From the NCBI RefSeq assembly GCF_022045235.1, contig NW_027266275.1, positions 25,110,001 through 25,174,000 of the forward strand: a DNA stretch of 64,000 nt, read 5' to 3'. The translations under genes and the position numbers were made by a program. The notes below the pieces were generated by a model. It was not told the DNA's origin. It searched no databases and was given only the letters and a program-made list of their open reading frames with translations. The stretch's first letter is position 1; the number at the start of each line of letters is the position of its first letter. The stretch is from Haliotis cracherodii (Eukaryota). Positions 62,101-64,000 of the stretch are shown here, piece after piece.

Positions 62101-63712
62101 ATTGGTGCAATGAGTGCACTATCAAATAGTGATGATACAATGTTCGCGGGAAGGTTAGCGTATCCTGCCCCACCGGTGGCACCCGTCACAAACAGCAAAA
62201 GCAAGTCAGTTGTTCACCTGAACAAACACGGGGACACACGGTACAAGTCAAATTAGGGAATCGCCACATATCTACCGTAAAACGTTTTGAAAGCTTTGAA
62301 AGCATTTAATGGTTTAGCCTTGATGAAACCACTTTTGAGCAAGAGTAGTTTGACGCTCTCTGCAGTCTTCACAAAGAGTAAGCATGTTTATACCTCAAAA
62401 GGTGCTGGAATATGGCTCTACATAAAGGGAAAAAGTTGACTATTGGAAAGTTGAAGTCATCCCTCTTGTTTTAGTCTTAATGTGAAACAGACGAGGTGGT
62501 TTCACTGGTATCCTGTTTGGCTATTGGCCGTTATTGAACGATATCAGATCATCCACAGACCTGAAGGTTTAGGTTAAACATCATGGCAAAAGTCCCGTGT
62601 TTTGATTTTGCACATTCCGTTTATATATTCCAATTCATAACTACATGTTTATCTATGGTCACCATGCTTAGAAACACATACCCCATGGATCAAGGCAAGG
62701 AGTTTTCCCTTAAGTGTGCCACGTGGGAGTACACAGCTGCAATGTTGTAACAAATACAGAATTACACTTGGTTCTGTTCAGAGATTGCAAGAATTTAAGC
62801 CAATCGTTTGAGTTTTTGAGAATCCACTTGGTATTAATCCCACTTGTCTCAAATACTTCATGTTGATATACAAGTCCTCCTTGAGACCCGTGAAGATTCC
62901 GGGGTAGAATAGGTCTTCAGCAACCCATGCTTGCCGTAAAAGGTGACTCTGCTTGTCGTAAAAGGCGACTAATGAGATCGGGTTGTCAGGCTCACTGACT
63001 TGGTTGATGTATGTCATCGATCCCAATTGCGTGGATCGATGCTCATGATATCAATCACTGGATTGTCTGGTCCAGACTTGATTATTTACAGACTGCCGTC
63101 ATATAGCTGGAATATTGCTGAGTGCGGCGTTAAACAACAAAGCAACCAAGCAACCAACCTTCCTATATTTTGTTAAGGAGTATGGTCAGGGATTTGGTGG
63201 TACATTTGCTCGACCCAGCAACATATATGTCTCTTGTACAAATTGTTATCGAGCTTTGGGTTCATGCAAAGTTGTTATGGGAAATATTATATTACTGGCT
63301 CATTGTTGTGTGCTCATTAATGTTCTTGCCAGTGAAGGTTCGGGGTAGAATAGGTCTTTAGCAACCGATTCTTGCTGTAAAAGGCGACTTCCTTGCCGTA
63401 AGAGGCGACTAACGGGATCGGGTGGTCAGACTCCCTGGCTTGGTTGATGCATTTTATCGTATCCCAATTGCGTGGATCGATGCTCATGATGTCAGTCACT
63501 GGATTGTCTGCTCTAGACTCGATTATTTACAGACCACCGTCATATAGCTGGAATATTGCTGAGTGTGGAGTTGAACTACAAACAAACAAACTAACATTAA
63601 GTTTCTCTCTGTGTTCCCAGATGACCTGGCACCGTTGGAAGAAGAAGATCACAAGAACCCTATGGGATTCTCAGATTTGAATCTTACCATACAGAACAAC
63701 CCAGTGACGTAG
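53160..63712 (+). CDS. G7: TNFR-like receptor, signal peptide + 2 CRD + TM + TRAF-motif tail (~212-225 aa); exons 53160-53358, 55546-55671, 59853-60074 (or -60113), 63621-63712
   Basis: Signal MAPIEWFLPVQVLVTLGLWAGALWA; CRD1 CARGTYKDPIAGSCRECSSLCDRAEEQKTEPLCASYC; CRD2 CHPGSYFSVSLNACASCTVLCSQETKASECREHC; TM MVVLIVFIVIVVFILGIFGAVHLL; last exon ttcccag|DDLAPLEEEDHKNPMGFSDLNLTIQNNPVT*. All junctions phase 1. Confidence 0.8.
54985..55142. repeat. Long imperfect palindrome (probable hairpin MITE) in G7 intron 1
   Basis: aatctcacc..gtgtcttttgatatcaaatatatcaacac is mirrored by gtgttgatatatttgatatcaaaagacac..ggtgagatt. Confidence 0.85.
56160..56620 (-). pseudogene. Tc1-family transposase remnant
   Basis: Minus strand reads QARVTTPNEDRYLRTLHLRKRFLTV (N-terminal DNA-binding region) and WLRAVFTGESRFCLFTADGRLRDFGRRGE (degenerate W..VLFSDESRF..DGR motif). 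Confidence 0.85.
57331..57626 (-). mobile_element. SINE family C, full length
   Basis: Matches 13913-14184; TSD-like flanks gaaaagcacaacga / ggaaagcacaatga. Confidence 0.88.
57690..58600 (+). pseudogene. Second Tc1-family remnant, interrupted by a family A SINE (58067-58290)
   Basis: Reads KSVISRQCDKYRQTGGVAMRPVRGRPKK (GRPR-like linker) and DRPAKSSDMPP (degenerate WPAxSPDLNPIE). Confidence 0.65.
60265..61105. repeat. Minisatellite, ~23-bp unit gacgtaatacagacaccattgtt, in G7 intron 3
   Basis: Seen directly. Confidence 0.95.
62124..62590 (-). pseudogene. Penelope-like retroelement remnant, degenerate
   Basis: Collinear with 40430-41030 and 1921-2210 (ggaaagttgaagtcatccctcttgt; gcgtatcctgccc..ggcacccgtcacaaac). 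Confidence 0.65.
62885..63160 (+). mobile_element. SINE-like family A, full length
   Basis: GACCCGTGAAGATTCCGGGGTAGAATAGGTCTTCAG..GCGGCGTTAAACAAC. Confidence 0.87.
63329..63592 (+). mobile_element. SINE-like family A, ending ~30 nt before the last G7 acceptor
   Basis: Family A body and tail. Confidence 0.8.
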
Positions 63713-64000
63713 GCTCTATAGCTATGGTGTGAATACATACAAACTTGGGCACGGGCCATGGGCCGTAACTTAGCCGTGAAGATCGATAACATCGTGATAC
63801 CTTGCACTGAAGAAATGTTCACATGTGAGCAGGGGTTGCCTGAACGTTATACCATTACTCTATTAGCGGCACCATTTCGTGAGTCACCTAGTGTCAACTA
63901 GATATATACACCATTGAGAAGAGACTGTTGATATGTGAATCAGTACTATGTTTTATAGTGGCACTACATCGTGAGAACCTTATATGTCCCTGATGGTCGT

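Noticed and set aside
4026-63712. Assigning vertebrate symbols (TNFRSF13B, TNFRSF17) or grnd
   Set aside because: Only domain-level similarity is visible; orthology cannot be established without phylogeny.

Overview
AT-rich, repeat-rich, intron-containing eukaryotic DNA. It is probably from a marine invertebrate; the SINE, MITE, Tc1 and Penelope-like repeat types suggest a mollusc (inference, not proven). The ORF track is mostly noise because the real genes are spliced. Reading GT/AG boundaries by hand gives a tandem cluster of seven small + strand single-pass receptor genes (G1-G7, 4.0-63.7 kb) plus the 3' part of an eighth membrane-protein gene (G0). Each of G1-G7 encodes one or two short cysteine-rich domains (C-x12-C-x2-C-x3-C-x7..11-C-x3-C, usually with a Y-x-D hairpin) of the TACI/BCMA/Grindelwald type of TNF receptor, then a short stalk (usually Ser/Thr-rich), one TM helix and a short tail without a death domain. 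All G1-G7 introns are phase 1. There are three architectures: signal peptide + 2 CRD (G1, G2, G7), signal peptide + 1 CRD (G4, G6), and no signal peptide + 1 CRD (G3, G5). Tails carry ITIM (G1, G2), ITSM (G4) or TRAF-type (G1, G3, G5, G7) motifs. The rest of the window is four SINE-like families (one with no tRNA head and a structured 5' end), several MITEs, Tc1 and Penelope-like remnants, satellites and a 317-nt assembly gap. All gene models are manual and need transcript confirmation.
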